The notes: a model not told the origin generated them from the sequence alone. Shown: positions 1 through 48,279, counted from the stretch's first letter. The stretch is DNA of 64,000 nt from Octopus bimaculoides (GCF_001194135.2 NC_068981.1:73091351-73155350), one strand, 5' to 3'. Numbers and translations are program-made.

Positions 1-40
1 GTAGGAAAAGCATGGGTAGAAAGGAATTCCTAAGGATTTT

Positions 41-1040
41 CATCATCAACATCATTTAACGTCCGTTTTTCATGCTGGCACGGGTTGGACGGTTTCACTG
101 AGGTCTGGTGAGCCAGCAGCTGCACCAGGCTCCAATCTGATCTGGCAATGTTTCTACAGTTGGATGCCTTTGCTAGCACCAACCACTCCGAGAATGTAGT
201 AAGTGTTTTTTACGTCCCACCAGCACAGGAAACAGTCAGGCAGACTTGGCATCGATTACGTTTGGATTGTGCTTTTTACATGCCACTGGCACAGGAGCCA
301 GTCAGCGAGTACTGGTGTCGGCTACATTTGGATGGTGCTTTTTACATGCCAAGGCATGGGAGCCAGTCAAGGGACACTGACCACAGCTATGATATTGGTT
401 TTACTTGACTCAACAGGTCTTCTCAAGCATATCATATCGCCCAACGCATCAGGGATACTCTTAACTGGGCCGGACATGCATGGCTGCGATCTCACTTTAG
501 TCGCCAAGTCTTCTCAATCACAGCATATCTCCAAAAGTCTCGGTTTCCTGTTACTGCCTCTATGAAGCCCAATGTTCAATGGTCATGCTTCACCACCTCA
601 TCCCATGTCTTCCTGGGTCTACCTCTTCCACAGGTTCCCTCCACAGTTAGGGAGTAGCACCTCCTCAAACAACTATCCTCATCTATACGTAGCACTTGAC
701 CATACCAATGCAGTTGTCTCTCTTGCACACCACATTTTATGCTTCTTATGTTCTCTCAGGGCACTTACACTCTGTCAATGTATGCACGCAGATATTACAC
801 ATCCAGCAGATCATACTAGTTTCATTTCTTTCAAGCCTACGCATGTCCTCAGCAGTCACGGCCCATGTTTCACTGCTGTGTAGCATGGCAGTTCACACAC
901 ATGCATCATACAGTCTGCCTTACATCCTGAGCGAGAGGCCATTTGTTGCCAGCAGACATAGGAGCTTGCTGAACTTTGCCCAGGCTAGTCTTATTCTAGC
1001 CACTTACACTCTCAGAGCAACCACCCCCACTACAGACATT
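41..1040 (-). mobile_element. 5'-truncated RTE-type LINE: degenerate ORF C-terminus plus complete 3' UTR and (GAT)n tail
   Basis: Minus strand reads ARIRLAWAKF...MLHSSETWAVTAEDM...QERQLHWYGQV...LTVEGTCGRGRPRKTWDEVVKHD, ORF ending near 495, then a tandem-unit UTR and the conserved terminus. Confidence 0.85.
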
Positions 1041-1429
1041 CCTGGAAAATAAAAACTGTGGAAGTCTTTTACGTGAAGTCTTGAAGGTGAGAAACAGTAA
1101 AGTTGACTGGAAGAGGAAGAGAGGCAGATTGGATGGGTGAACGTGGTGGAGTGGATATGCAGCTAGATCAGGAGAGTAGAGGCTGTTGTAGATACAGGAA
1201 AGGAAATTGTCCTCTAGATTATGTGTTCAAATCCTGCTAGAGTCAGTGTTGTCTTTCATCTTGGTAGAATCAAAATGAATAGATAAATAAATAAAGAACT
1301 ACAAGTACTGGGTGTGATTCATCCAGCTGCATGCCCCAAGCAAAATGTTGTGGACCTCTAGCCCTTTCCCCCTCGTCTACCTCCCCCTCCCACCACCATT
1401 AAGTTTAATTTACAATTCTCTCTTTTGAT

Positions 1430-1820
1430 GCAAGCATGGTTGTATAGTAAGAATTTTGCTTCCCAACCATATGGTCCTAGGTTTAATCCCATGGTGTAAT
1501 ACCTTGAGCAATTGTCTTCTACTATAACCCTGGGCCAACCAAAGCCTTGTAAGTGAATTTTGTGGATAGAAACTGAAAGAAGCCTGTTTTGTGTGTGTGT
1601 GTGTATCTTTATGGTTCCTTGTTTTGATGTTATGTGATAGTTGTGAACAATATTCTGCAAGAGCATCTCTAGCAATTGGGAAAATATTACTTTGCTTGAA
1701 AAGGGTTGAGGATTGGCAACAGGAACAGTGTCTGACCATAGAAAATTTACTGCAAATAAACTCCATCTGATTCATGCAAGATGGGAAAAGTGGACATTTC
1801 ATGATCATGATGATGATGAC
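1430..1820 (+). mobile_element. tRNA-derived SINE, family A head with RTE-like tail (A2)
   Basis: Box A/B-like head, accttgagcaa core-like block, tail catgcaag..ggaaaagtggac(gat)n. Confidence 0.7.
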
Positions 1821-2091
1821 AACAAAGACCACCACCACCACCATCACCACCATAGTAAATTGTGCACTATAAGTAGTTTATTGTCTAAAACACTATAAGC
1901 CTTGTATATTAACTTGGATTATCTCAGTAGAAAATTATGACTATTTTCTAATAATAATGGGGACATTTTTGTATTCATTGTTATTCTACTTGTAGCAGTA
2001 ATAGTGGTAGTTTTCTCTGTCCTCCTCCTCCTCCTTTCAATTATTACTCATATCTGCTACTTTTTATGTTAATTCTTGTTCTTTTATTTAG

Positions 2092-37761
<35,670 letters not shown>

Positions 37762-37785
37762 ACAAAGAATGCTATGGAAGAAAGA

Positions 37786-37841
37786 AATAAAACAGTAACT
37801 TAGGAATGTTGTTTCTGTATGTTTTTTTTTTTTTTAATAAA
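37786..37841 (+). terminator. Candidate LIG1 polyadenylation signals (AATAAA at 37786 and 37836)
   Basis: Two AATAAA hexamers shortly after the stop, followed by T/GT-rich sequence; no transcript evidence. Confidence 0.5.
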
Positions 37842-38039
37842 GTTTTTTTTACATTACTATATAATATTGTTATGTATTAATTGTTCTTGCTGCCTAACTG
37901 AAGTCAGCCCTGTTTGTGCACATCTGTATTCAAAGGTGTTAATGTTGTCCTATGATCAAGGGTGGTCATTGTTTTTTTATTTCAGACATAGTTTATCTAG
38001 GACTACATTATCCAGTGTATCCTTTATTCTCTCTTTACT

Positions 38040-38241
38040 CTCTTTTACTTGTTTCAGTCATTTGACTGCGGCCATGATGGAGCACCGCCTTTAGTCGAGC
38101 AAATCGACCCCAGGACTTATTCTTTGTAAGCCTAGTACTTATTCTATCGGTCTCTTTTTGCCGAACCGCTAAGTTACGGGGACGTAAACACACCAGCATC
38201 GGTTGTCAAGCGATGGTGGGGGGACAAACACAAACACACAC

Positions 38242-38286
<45 letters not shown>
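38040..38286 (-). mobile_element. SINE A1 3' half, antisense, just downstream of the LIG1 stop (cut by a gap)
   Basis: Homologous to 13200-13395. Confidence 0.8.
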
Positions 38287-38838
38287 NNNNNNNNNNNNNN
38301 NNNNNNNNNNNNNNNNNNNNNNNNNNNNNNNNNNNNNNNNNNNNNNNNNNNNNNNNNNNNNNNNNNNNNNNNNNNNNNNNNNNNNNNNNNNNNNNNNNNN
38401 NNNNNNNNNNNNNNNNNNNNNNNNNNNNNNNNNNNNNNNNNNNNNNNNNNNNNNNNNNNNNNNNNNNNNNNNNNNNNNNNNNNNNNNNNNNNNNNNNNNN
38501 NNNNNNNNNNNNNNNNNNNNNNNNNNNNNNNNNNNNNNNNNNNNNNNNNNNNNNNNNNNNNNNNNNNNNNNNNNNNNNNNNNNNNNNNNNNNNNNNNNNN
38601 NNNNNNNNNNNNNNNNNNNNNNNNNNNNNNNNNNNNNNNNNNNNNNNNNNNNNNNNNNNNNNNNNNNNNNNNNNNNNNNNNNNNNNNNNNNNNNNNNNNN
38701 NNNNNNNNNNNNNNNNNNNNNNNNNNNNNNNNNNNNNNNNNNNNNNNNNNNNNNNNNNNNNNNNNNNNNNNNNNNNNNNNNNNNNNNNNNNNNNNNNNNN
38801 NNNNNNNNNNNNNNNNNNNNNNNNNNNNNNNNNNNNNN

Positions 38839-39147
38839 TAACGTGCAAGTGGCTGAGCACTCCACAGACACGTGTACCCTTAACGTAATTCTCGGGCATA
38901 TTCAGCGTGACACAGTGTGACAAGGCTGACCCTTTGAATTACAGACACAACAGAAACAGGAAGTAAGAGTGAGAGAAAGTTGTGGTGGAAGAGTACAGCA
39001 GGGTTTGCCACCATCCCCTGCCAGAGCCTCGTGGAGCTTTAGGTGTTTTCGCTCAATAAACACTCACAACGCCAAGTCTGGGAATCGAAACCGCGATCCT
39101 ATGACTGCGAGTCTGCTGCCCTAACCACTGGGCCATTGCGCCTCCAC
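38839..39147 (-). mobile_element. tRNA-derived SINE (D3): distinct head and body, tail shared with D2
   Basis: Head gtggaggcgcaatggcccagtggttaggg...ggtttcgattccc; tail gtggagtgctcagccacttgcacgtt. Confidence 0.7.
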
Positions 39148-41639
39148 GTTAAACCTATACCAGCATGGAACAACAACTTCATTATCATCATCCTCATCAT
39201 CGTTGTCTAACATCCATTTTCCATGCTGGCATGGGTTGGACAGTTTGACAGAAGCTGACCAGCCAGAGATCTGCACCAGGCTCCAATTGTCTGTTTTGGC
39301 ATGGTTTCTATGACTGGATGTCCTTCCTAATGCTAACCACTTTACAGAGTGTACTGGGTGCTTTTTATGTGGCACTAGCATGGGTATGTTATACATGGCA
39401 CTGGCATGGGTGCTTTTTACGGAAGTTAAACAAATACGATGAGGTTATCAAGCTATTTTTTTTTTTCTCATACATGTCTTGGAGGTTATGGATGGCATTC
39501 TTTCTCCTTTGACTATATTTAAAAAAAAATCAGTTTATTTGTATGCTGACTGTTTGTTTGTCTGAAGTATCCACATTTTTACCTGTACTGCATATGTGAA
39601 ATACCTTTTGCAAATTTCGTTATATCTTACATTTAGAAGTAGGATTTTACTTCCTTGATAGATTTTCTAATGTATATTTACTCAGCTATGGAATGGGTAA
39701 TGGTGAATTGAGATGTCCCCACCCATTTACAGTATGCTCTTTATATATTCTACCATAAAATCCAATACTTTTTTTTTTTAACCACCTCAAGGTCTAACTA
39801 TAAGATGGAATTGACAGTTATTATTGCCTGGAGTATGAATTACCAATATTTTGTGATTCAATAATTCTGCTGCTGCCAGATCTATGCATAAGACCACAAA
39901 TTTTTAGAAGGGATCTGAATTCAATCTACCACTGTGCTAGGCTAATAATTATATTAGTGTTCCTGGGGAGATGAAAGGCAGTGTTGACCTAGGTGGAAAC
40001 TGAAATCTGAACATGAAGGAATACAAAATATTTTGTCCACATCTCTTCTAATTTTGTTATCAATTGCACTAAGGATGAAGCATCTACATGGTCACACACC
40101 CTGCTCGAAATAGCAGTGCAGTTTCCCTCAAATTACATGTTACTGGTTGAAAAATAAAGGATGATAATGGCTGGAATACTATTGAGTGTGTCTTTATGTA
40201 GATCATGCTCTGGCAGACAGATTTATATATGTTATATATTTTGTGGGTGTCTGGAAAGTTTTAGCCCTAATTTTTGATCATCAGAAGAAGCCTGGTATCA
40301 GCAGATTATTTAAATTTTCATTCTGCGTATCTTCAATACTTCAAAATAGTCCTGTAAGATGGTACAGGGACTTAGCAGAGTCTATTAGCCTGTGTTTAAT
40401 GACAACATCATCATCACCTTCAAAATCACCATCTTCATCATCATCATTTAACATCTATGTTCTATTCTGGACAGTTTGACAAGGACTGAAATGGGTCCAA
40501 GGACTGCATTGTGCTCCAGTGTCTGCTTTGGCAGTTTCTATGGCTAGATGCCCTTTCTAATGCCAACTAATTCACAGCGTGTACTGGTTGCTAATTTTTT
40601 GTGCTGGGGGTACTACTGAGGTTGCCCAAGGAGAGTGAAGTGTGTCCTTATGTCAGATGGTGGGGTTAATGTATGAGAGAAGAGGCTGGTTCTTATAGAG
40701 GAGCTACATGGCTACTCACATTTAGGAGAGAGAATGGGAATAAAATGGTGGTATCTCTAGAGATAAATTGTGATGATGAGATGACCCAGTGGAACCTCAG
40801 GGTATGAGGTGAATAGTAGTGGATATGGGTTTGCAAGAGTGTATGGGGGTAAGAGATATGGAAAATGGAAGACAGTGAGGTAGACAACACAACATCTGTG
40901 AAGGTTAGCACGAGTTGAAAGGAGAAGGTGCATATTACGGGTGTTGGTGTCACTGTTAATCTCAGCTGACCGGCCAGACAGAGTGAGGTGCATCACGAAT
41001 GAGAAAATTTCCTAGTCGAAATCTTGATAACCACTTTAAAAAAAAGCATGACGTCCATGATGCTCGTTTTGGTGTTCCATTTTCAAGGTGACCCCAAGCA
41101 CACAAAATACAACCTGTCTCGTCACAAGTTCATGTCGAACTACATTGAAGTGTCAAATATTTAACGAGTGTGCATGCGCAGGGAACAAACTGAAGCTAGC
41201 TTCTTATTTGTGTATCAGAAGTTTAGTGTCAATAAAAATCGAACGGACCTTTTAACCAACTCAATACAAACCATTGTATCTGTATCATTGATCGTTACTT
41301 TTGATTGATTCCTCTGGCAAAATTTTACATTTGCCATGTTGCTTCACGAGTTTTCTGATGCTTATTCTCATTTAGTCTAATCCCTGGTTAGTTAGACCTA
41401 CAAGGAACAAAATTTTTGCCAGGAGAGCTCTTTGGATCATAGAGATATGCAAGCTCCGCTACCACAACCCAAACAAGATTCATTAGTAGAGCAGAAACAT
41501 TACGGTAGTGGCAGCGGCTGTGGTGTGTTGTTTCTTCATACTGATCACAAAGTCTACATTTTCTGGTTTCATTGGTTTATAAAGCTCTTTACATATAGAG
41601 ATATGCCTTTTGACTAGGGCTTGATCATGTTGTGCTTTT

Positions 41640-42195
41640 ATGAGACTAGTTAATCAGTTAGTTCTGTCTGTGCAATGAGGCAATTAAAGCCGCAATACAA
41701 CATGTATCCCCAGCCAGCTCTGTTTTCTGCTACTGTCTTGATCTCATTTCAGCTTCTGTCCGTCTCCTTTCCTTGTCAACATTACCTTCAAGATTTTGAT
41801 CAGGAAATTCTCCCGTTCATGATGCACCTCACTCTGGCCAGTCAGCTGAGATTAACAGTAACACCAACACCAACACTCATTCTATGACCAGGATGATCGT
41901 AGATATTCCTCAAACATCCAATTTGGACGTTGTAAACTATCTGCAACAACTAGGTTCTGGCAGCATGCACGATGTTTGGGTCGCACGTCAATCGAATGAG
42001 ACTAACCTCGTCCAATGGATTTCCATCTGCAATTCATTGTAGAAACGTGAAGAAAACGATCTTCGCCATGTGGTTTTAGGGCACCTTGCTTTTCTTTTCC
42101 CCTCAGGCTTCCACTTTCGTGCTACCATGCAATCGCTTTCTCGATCTTTTCTGAGGACATGTCCAATCCAGTTCCAGTTTCTGCGTCCTGTTTCG
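41640..42195 (-). mobile_element. Degenerate RTE-like LINE 3' fragments
   Basis: WNWIGHVLRKD...WKPEGKRKARCPKTTWRR near 42060-42190; ILEGNV..KRRR-like remnant near 41740-41800. Confidence 0.6.
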
Positions 42196-42199
42196 TTTT

Positions 42200-43020
42200 T
42201 TTCCAAAGAAACACAGCCTAAGAAATGTTCTTCCTCTTCAGCTCCCCTAACTCTTGATAAATTCCTGCAAACAGTTGTGTAGTGTCCTATTTTCGAACAC
42301 CGTCTGCATCTTGTTGCTGAGGCGAGGCAGTCATCTCTATTGTGAAATGTGAACATTCCACACCGCATTCACTTCCTCTCAGGCATCTTCTTTTTATGTT
42401 GATACCCTTTTTTATTATTTGGTCTTTGCGACACGATTTAATTGTAGATCTGTTGCATTGACAGGAGATAGCTTTTGTTTGTTGTTTTGATGTCTCGTGC
42501 TCTACCTATCTGTAGGCATTAATCGAGGGTTAGCATTTTGTCTACTAAAAGTTTTTCTCTCAAAAGATCGTCTTTAGGCACCACCAACAACTTGATCCCT
42601 AAGTCTGTCCTTTAATTCTCTAAAGTTGCAGTTTTTTGCAAGTTGGCGCAAGGCAGCTATGTAGGTTTCTATGTTCTTGAAATTCTCTTGTTTCCGAAGG
42701 TGGAATTGATAAGATTCATAAACCTCATGCGTCCCACCGACGAAAAATTCCTCGAATTTGTTAATCACTTCAGATAGGTCATTTTTCTGTTCTTCATCGT
42801 TAAATTGTAGTCCTTCATATATATCAAAACATTCTTCTCCAATAGTCGCCAGAAATACAGAAGTTTGATATCCAGTATCAACTTCATTTGAAAGTCGACT
42901 GGCAATTGAATAATTCAAAAAGTTTCGTTTAAATTTTTTCCAATTGCTAGCCACATTTCCTGATAAACACATTCGGTCAGGAGGTGGGATATTTGCAGAA
43001 AAAGGTTTTGCCGACATTCT
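42200..43020 (-). mobile_element. Ty3/Gypsy LTR retrotransposon gag remnant
   Basis: ORF 42574-43017 (NWKKFKRNF...YQFHLRKQE...LRQLAKNCNF...RLRDQVV) and downstream CCHC knuckle CRRCSKIGHYTTVC. Confidence 0.8.
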
Positions 43021-44419
43021 TTAAATTAAATGAAGAAAATAAACTTACAATTCTGTGAAGAATTCTTTCCTTTTTTAATATTTTTATGGCGTCAGTGCAG
43101 GGCGAAGTCTTTATTGTTTTTCCGAAGCTGAAAAANNNNNNNNNNNNNNNNNNNNNNNNNNNNNNNNNNNNNNNNNNNNNNNNNNNNNNNNNNNNNNNNN
43201 NNNNNNNNNNNNNNNNNNNNNNNNNNNNNNNNNNNNNNNNNNNNNNNNNNNNNNNNNNNNNNNNNNNNNNNNNNNNNNNNNNNNNNNNNNNNNNNNNNNN
43301 NNNNNNNNNNNNNNNNNNNNNNNNNNNNNNNNNNNNNNNNNNNNNNNNNNNNNNNNNNNNNNNNNNNNNNNNNNNNNNNNNNNNNNNNNNNNNNNNNNNN
43401 NNNNNNNNNNNNNNNNNNNNNNNNNNNNNNNNNNNNNNNNNNNNNNNNNNNNNNNNNNNNNNNNNNNNNNNNNNNNNNNNNNNNNNNNNNNNNNNNNNNN
43501 NNNNNNNNNNNNNNNNNNNNNNNNNNNNNNNNNNNNNNNNNNNNNNNNNNNNNNNNNNNNNNNNNNNNNNNNNNNNNNNNNNNNNNNNNNNNNNNNNNNN
43601 NNNNNNNNNNNNNNNNNNNNNNNNNNNNNNNNNNNNNNNNNNNNNNNNNNNNNNNNNNNNNNNNNNNNNNNNNNNNNNNNNNNNNNNNNNNNNNNNNNNN
43701 NNNNNNNNNNNNNNNNNNNNNNNNNNNNNTATGCATGTATTTGTGTGTCTGTGTTTGTCCCTTCCACCATTGCTTGACAACCAATGTTGGTGTGTTTACG
43801 TCTCCGTAACTTTGCAGTTCGGCAAAAGAAACCGGTAGAATAAGTACTAGACTTACAAAGAATAAGTCTTGGGGTCGATTTCTTCGACTAAAGGCGGTGC
43901 TCTAGCATGGCTGCAGTCAAATGACTGGAACAAATAAAAGAATAAAAGGAAGAATATAAATGAGTGTGTGCTTTGTGTATGTTTTTGTTCCCCTCTTTGC
44001 TTGATAACCGGTGTTGACATGTTTACGACCCCGTAACTTAGCAGTTCCGTACAAGAAACCGAGAGAATAAGTACCAGCCTCAACAAAAAGATAACGTGTA
44101 CTGTGGTCGATTCGTTCGACTAAAATTCTCCAAGGCGGTGCCCCAGCATGGCCGCAGTCTAATAACTGAAACAAACAGAAGATAAAATATATTAGACCCT
44201 GTATATCACATTTTTCTGAATGTTAGTATCGTTGGCTGTTTCTAAGGTGCCAATCAACGGTCCACTGCGTTTTTATTGGTGAGACTGAGAAAGATGCGTC
44301 TGTGTCACTCGGGCAGAAAATAAACCACAGGATATTTTTGTTCGAAGTCACTAGTCTATTGGTTTTCTCACCATTTTAAATATTTCACCAATAAAACTAG
44401 CATTCCGTCGGTTATGACA

Positions 44420-44720
44420 ATGAGTGTACCAGTTGATTCGAACAACGAAACAGCCTGCTCGTGAAATTAATGTGAAAGTAGCTGAGTACTCCACAGACAT
44501 CCATAACGTTAACGTAGTTCTCAGGAAGATTCAGCGTCACACACAGAATGTGACAAGTCTGACCCTTTGGTATACAGGTACTGCTCCTTTTTGCCAGCTG
44601 AGTGGACTGGAGCAATGTGTAATAAAATGTATTGCTCAAAGACGCAACGCGTCAACGGGTACGAACTCGCTACTTTACGATCATGAGCCGAATGCCCTAA
44701 CCACAAAACCATGCACCTTT
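44420..44720 (-). mobile_element. SINE D2
   Basis: Homologous to 51735-52015. Confidence 0.75.
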
Positions 44721-45089
44721 ACACTATTTTAACAATATGCACTGGTGAAAGACACACACGCATGCCCGTTCACATACGTATGTACATTTTCATATACACC
44801 TGAATGATGGTCTTTGATAAACCTTTCGTCTCTTAAATTCCACTTAGAAAGTATTGGTCAACCTGAGCATATGGCTCCCCCACCAAAAAAAAAAAAAAAA
44901 CTTGTTCAAAGTATTGCTCAGTGGACTCGAGACTGAAACCACATGATTGCGAAGTGAACCGTCGTCTAACCTCAAATCCATTTTTTTTTTCTGTGGGCAC
45001 ATTTTTTGTGGAAGAGTAAAGAGTAAAGATCCCCTTCGGCCATTAATGATCATGGAAAGATGCGTTGTGTGGTGTGATATCAGGTAAAT

Positions 45090-45543
45090 CTTTAATATAC
45101 AGAAGGAAGATATAAGTGAACCTGTGCGTACACCTGATTTATTGGAGAAAGTAGTATGAAGAGGAGACCCCCTTTGGTCATGAATGACCATAGGAATGCA
45201 CCTAGAAAGTTACCCTCCGAGAACAAGTTCGAGCAAGGGNNNNNNNNNNNNNNNNNNNNNNNNNNNNNNNNNNNNNNNNNNNNNTGTTTATGGAAGATCA
45301 ACAGTTGCCCATGCATACCAGCCTCTCTTCGCCACGCCACCGATGTTATCCAGGGGAAAGGCAAAGGTCGATACAGCTTGATAAGCGTGATGTCGCAAGT
45401 AATTTCTACAGCTGAGTGAAATGGAGCAACGTGAAATAAAGTGTCTTGCTCAAGAACACAACACAGATCCCGGTCCGGGGATCGAACTCACTACCTCATA
45501 ACTATGAGCCCGACGCTCTAATCATTGAGCCATGCGCCTTCAC
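45090..45543 (-). mobile_element. SINE D1, near full length (contains a short gap)
   Basis: tRNA-like head gtgaaggcgcatggctcaatgattagag...gagttcgatcccc. Confidence 0.8.
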
Positions 45544-47232
45544 TGTGGAAGGGTACAGTCAATGAAATCTCTCCCACTACTTTACTGAATTCAAGTGTTT
45601 GCCTTGGCAGGTAGAGTTATACTTTACAGATCTTATAAAAATGAATGGTAAAGTCAAACTCAGCAGAATTTAATGTCAGGACATAAAAGAGACATAACTA
45701 AGTATCGCGAAGTATGTTGTCTGATACTCTGCCAATTTTGTTATTCTACCTACTTAACAATTAATTCTTCCTGACAGTAGATCAGGCACATCTCTGATTT
45801 TCTGGAAAGTGATTGTCCGTCGCTCCTTTCAATACAGACCACTTGAGTCTCCTGCGGCTTCCTAGGCTAGTTCATTTGGTGGCCACAGGTAATGTTGTGT
45901 GTCATTTGCAATTATCTGAATATTTAGATGTCGGCGATTACTACTGTTCTAGAGATTTGGGGAAATTCCCAATTTGCACTATTTACAATTATCCCTAGTT
46001 GTGGCTTTCAAGCACAGTCTAGGTGTCAGTGGTGGTGTAAAGTTTAAACATATATCCATATCAATATAGAAAAACAAGGTAGAAGCGATGAGAAAACTGG
46101 ATTGCCGTGTTTCAGGACAAAGATTGTGTGAGACGTACAATACCGGATCATTAATTGTGTAGCGACTGACTCTGAGGAATTTACTCTGAATTATTATGTG
46201 AATTATGTTAGTCCAGCAAAACAGATAATCTGACACGGAGCTGGAATCAAGGCCATAGGAAAATCAGTGATATGCTTGTAATAATAATGATTTCTAACAT
46301 AGATGTTCATTGTTGTCGCTCCATACGCTTAAACTGCGAGGACAAGGAAGACACTTGCAGCCATTTTTTCGTAAAACTTAATGGATGTAAAACTCTTCTG
46401 CTTTTCTCTTTACTTTCTTCCCAGTCAGCTTTTCACTGAAGAAAGGTTTTGTCTGAAACGTTTTTTCGACTCCTCCCTTCGACAAGTTCACTGTGCTCTT
46501 TTTGTTGATTTTACTAAATAATACAAATCTTGCCGATGCAAATGAACACCAGTATTCCAGGGCCAATCAAATAGTTAAGCTATTTAATTAGGAATGATGA
46601 TATTGCCATCAGTCTATGGTCGGTGGTGCGGTGTGAAGTTTCAAAAGTGACAGCTAGATTTTTGAGTCAAAAAGAAACAAATGTACAATCATCTGAACCT
46701 TGATGTAAATATATATAAAAACTAGCAGTAATCTGATTTAGCCAAGTGATGGAATAAATAGAGACACAGGACAACGAACAAAAGTGCAAAGTGTATCATT
46801 ACGCTGGGAGGAAGAAAGAGGAAAAATTCAATGTTTCGGACAGCAGTCCTTCGTCAAGGAAGAGAAGAGGTAAAAAAAAGAAGCAAAAATGCAAAAGAAT
46901 GTTAAAAGAAAATTGGTGTTGATTTTTACTGAAGTCGCATTAAAGAATAATGAAAATGTGTACTATGGTGTTTTTTCAGTGAAACCATACAATAATGTAA
47001 TGTTCTCTAAGGATTTACTTCCATGTGAAGCCTGTCAACATGGGGACTTCTCACAAAACTTGTGCCAGATGTTGATTGGAAGTTCACTTTAACACAATCC
47101 AATCGTTCCAATGACAAATGTCAATGATACTGCTCCTTCAAAAGTATCTCTCTCTCTCTCTCTCACACACACATACACACGCGCGCGCACACATGTCGAG
47201 AGAAAGAGTGAGTGAAAGAGAGAGAGACAGAG

Positions 47233-47268
<36 letters not shown>

Positions 47269-48279
47269 AAACTGAAGGTGTGAGCACCTGCTTTTTAAAT
47301 TGTTTAAATCAATCTTTTATGATCTTATCTTATTGCTTGTAGTTTCATTGTACTTTTGCTTTGAGGATAAATATAAGCAACCAAAATGAATAAGATATAG
47401 CATTGAAACTATAACAAAATAGTGTATACATATTTATATATATATATATATATATATAAATATATAAGAATGCTATCGGGTATTTGGGAATTTTAAGGGT
47501 GAACGAGCTCTATTTGTACTCAACTGACTATATATATATATATATATNNNNNNNNNNNNNNNNNNNNNNNNNNNNNNNNNNNNNNNNNNNNNNNNNNNNN
47601 NNNNNNNNNNNNNNNNNNNNNNNNNNNNNNNNNNNNNNNNNNNNNNNNNNNNNNNNNNNNNNNNNNNNNNNNNNNNNNNNNNNNNNNNNNNNNNNNNNNN
47701 NNNNNNNNNNNNNNNNNNNNNNNNNNNNNNNNNNNNNNNNNNNNNNNNNNNNNNNNNNNNNNNNNNNNNNNNNNNNNNNNNNNNNNNNNNNNNNNNNNNN
47801 NNNNNNNNNNNNNNNNNNNNNNNNNNNNNNNNNNNNNNNNNNNNNNNNNNNNNNNNNNNNNNNNNNNNNNNNNNNNNNNNNNNNNNNNNNNNNNNNNNNN
47901 NNNNNNNNNNNNNNNNNNNNNNNNNNNNNNNNNNNNNNNNNNNNNNNNNNNNNNNNNNNNNNNNNNNNNNNNNNNNNNNNNNNNNNNNNNNNNNNNNNNN
48001 NNNNNNNNNNNNNNNNNNNNNNNNNNNNNNNNNNNNNNNNNNNNNNNNNNNNNNNNNNNNNNNNNNNNNNNNNNNNNNNNNNNNNNNNNNNNNNNNNNNN
48101 NNNNNNNNNNNNNNNNNNNNNNNNNNNNNNNNNNNNNNNNNNNNNNNNNNNNNNNNNNNNNNNNNNNNNNNNNNNNNNNNNNNNNNNNNNNNNNNNNNNN
48201 NNNNNNNNNNNNNNNNNNNNNNNNNNNNNNNNNNNNNNNNNNNNNCTTGACTGGTACCTATTTTATCGATATATCTTTT

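Noticed and set aside
197-400. CRISPR-like repeat/spacer appearance of hairpin units and of the 17.6 kb minisatellite
   Set aside because: Eukaryotic context, diverged repeats, related rather than unique spacers, no cas genes
45813-45998. Short ORF with Ig-like DVGDYYC motif
   Set aside because: Too short, no other Ig hallmark, no coherent splice context
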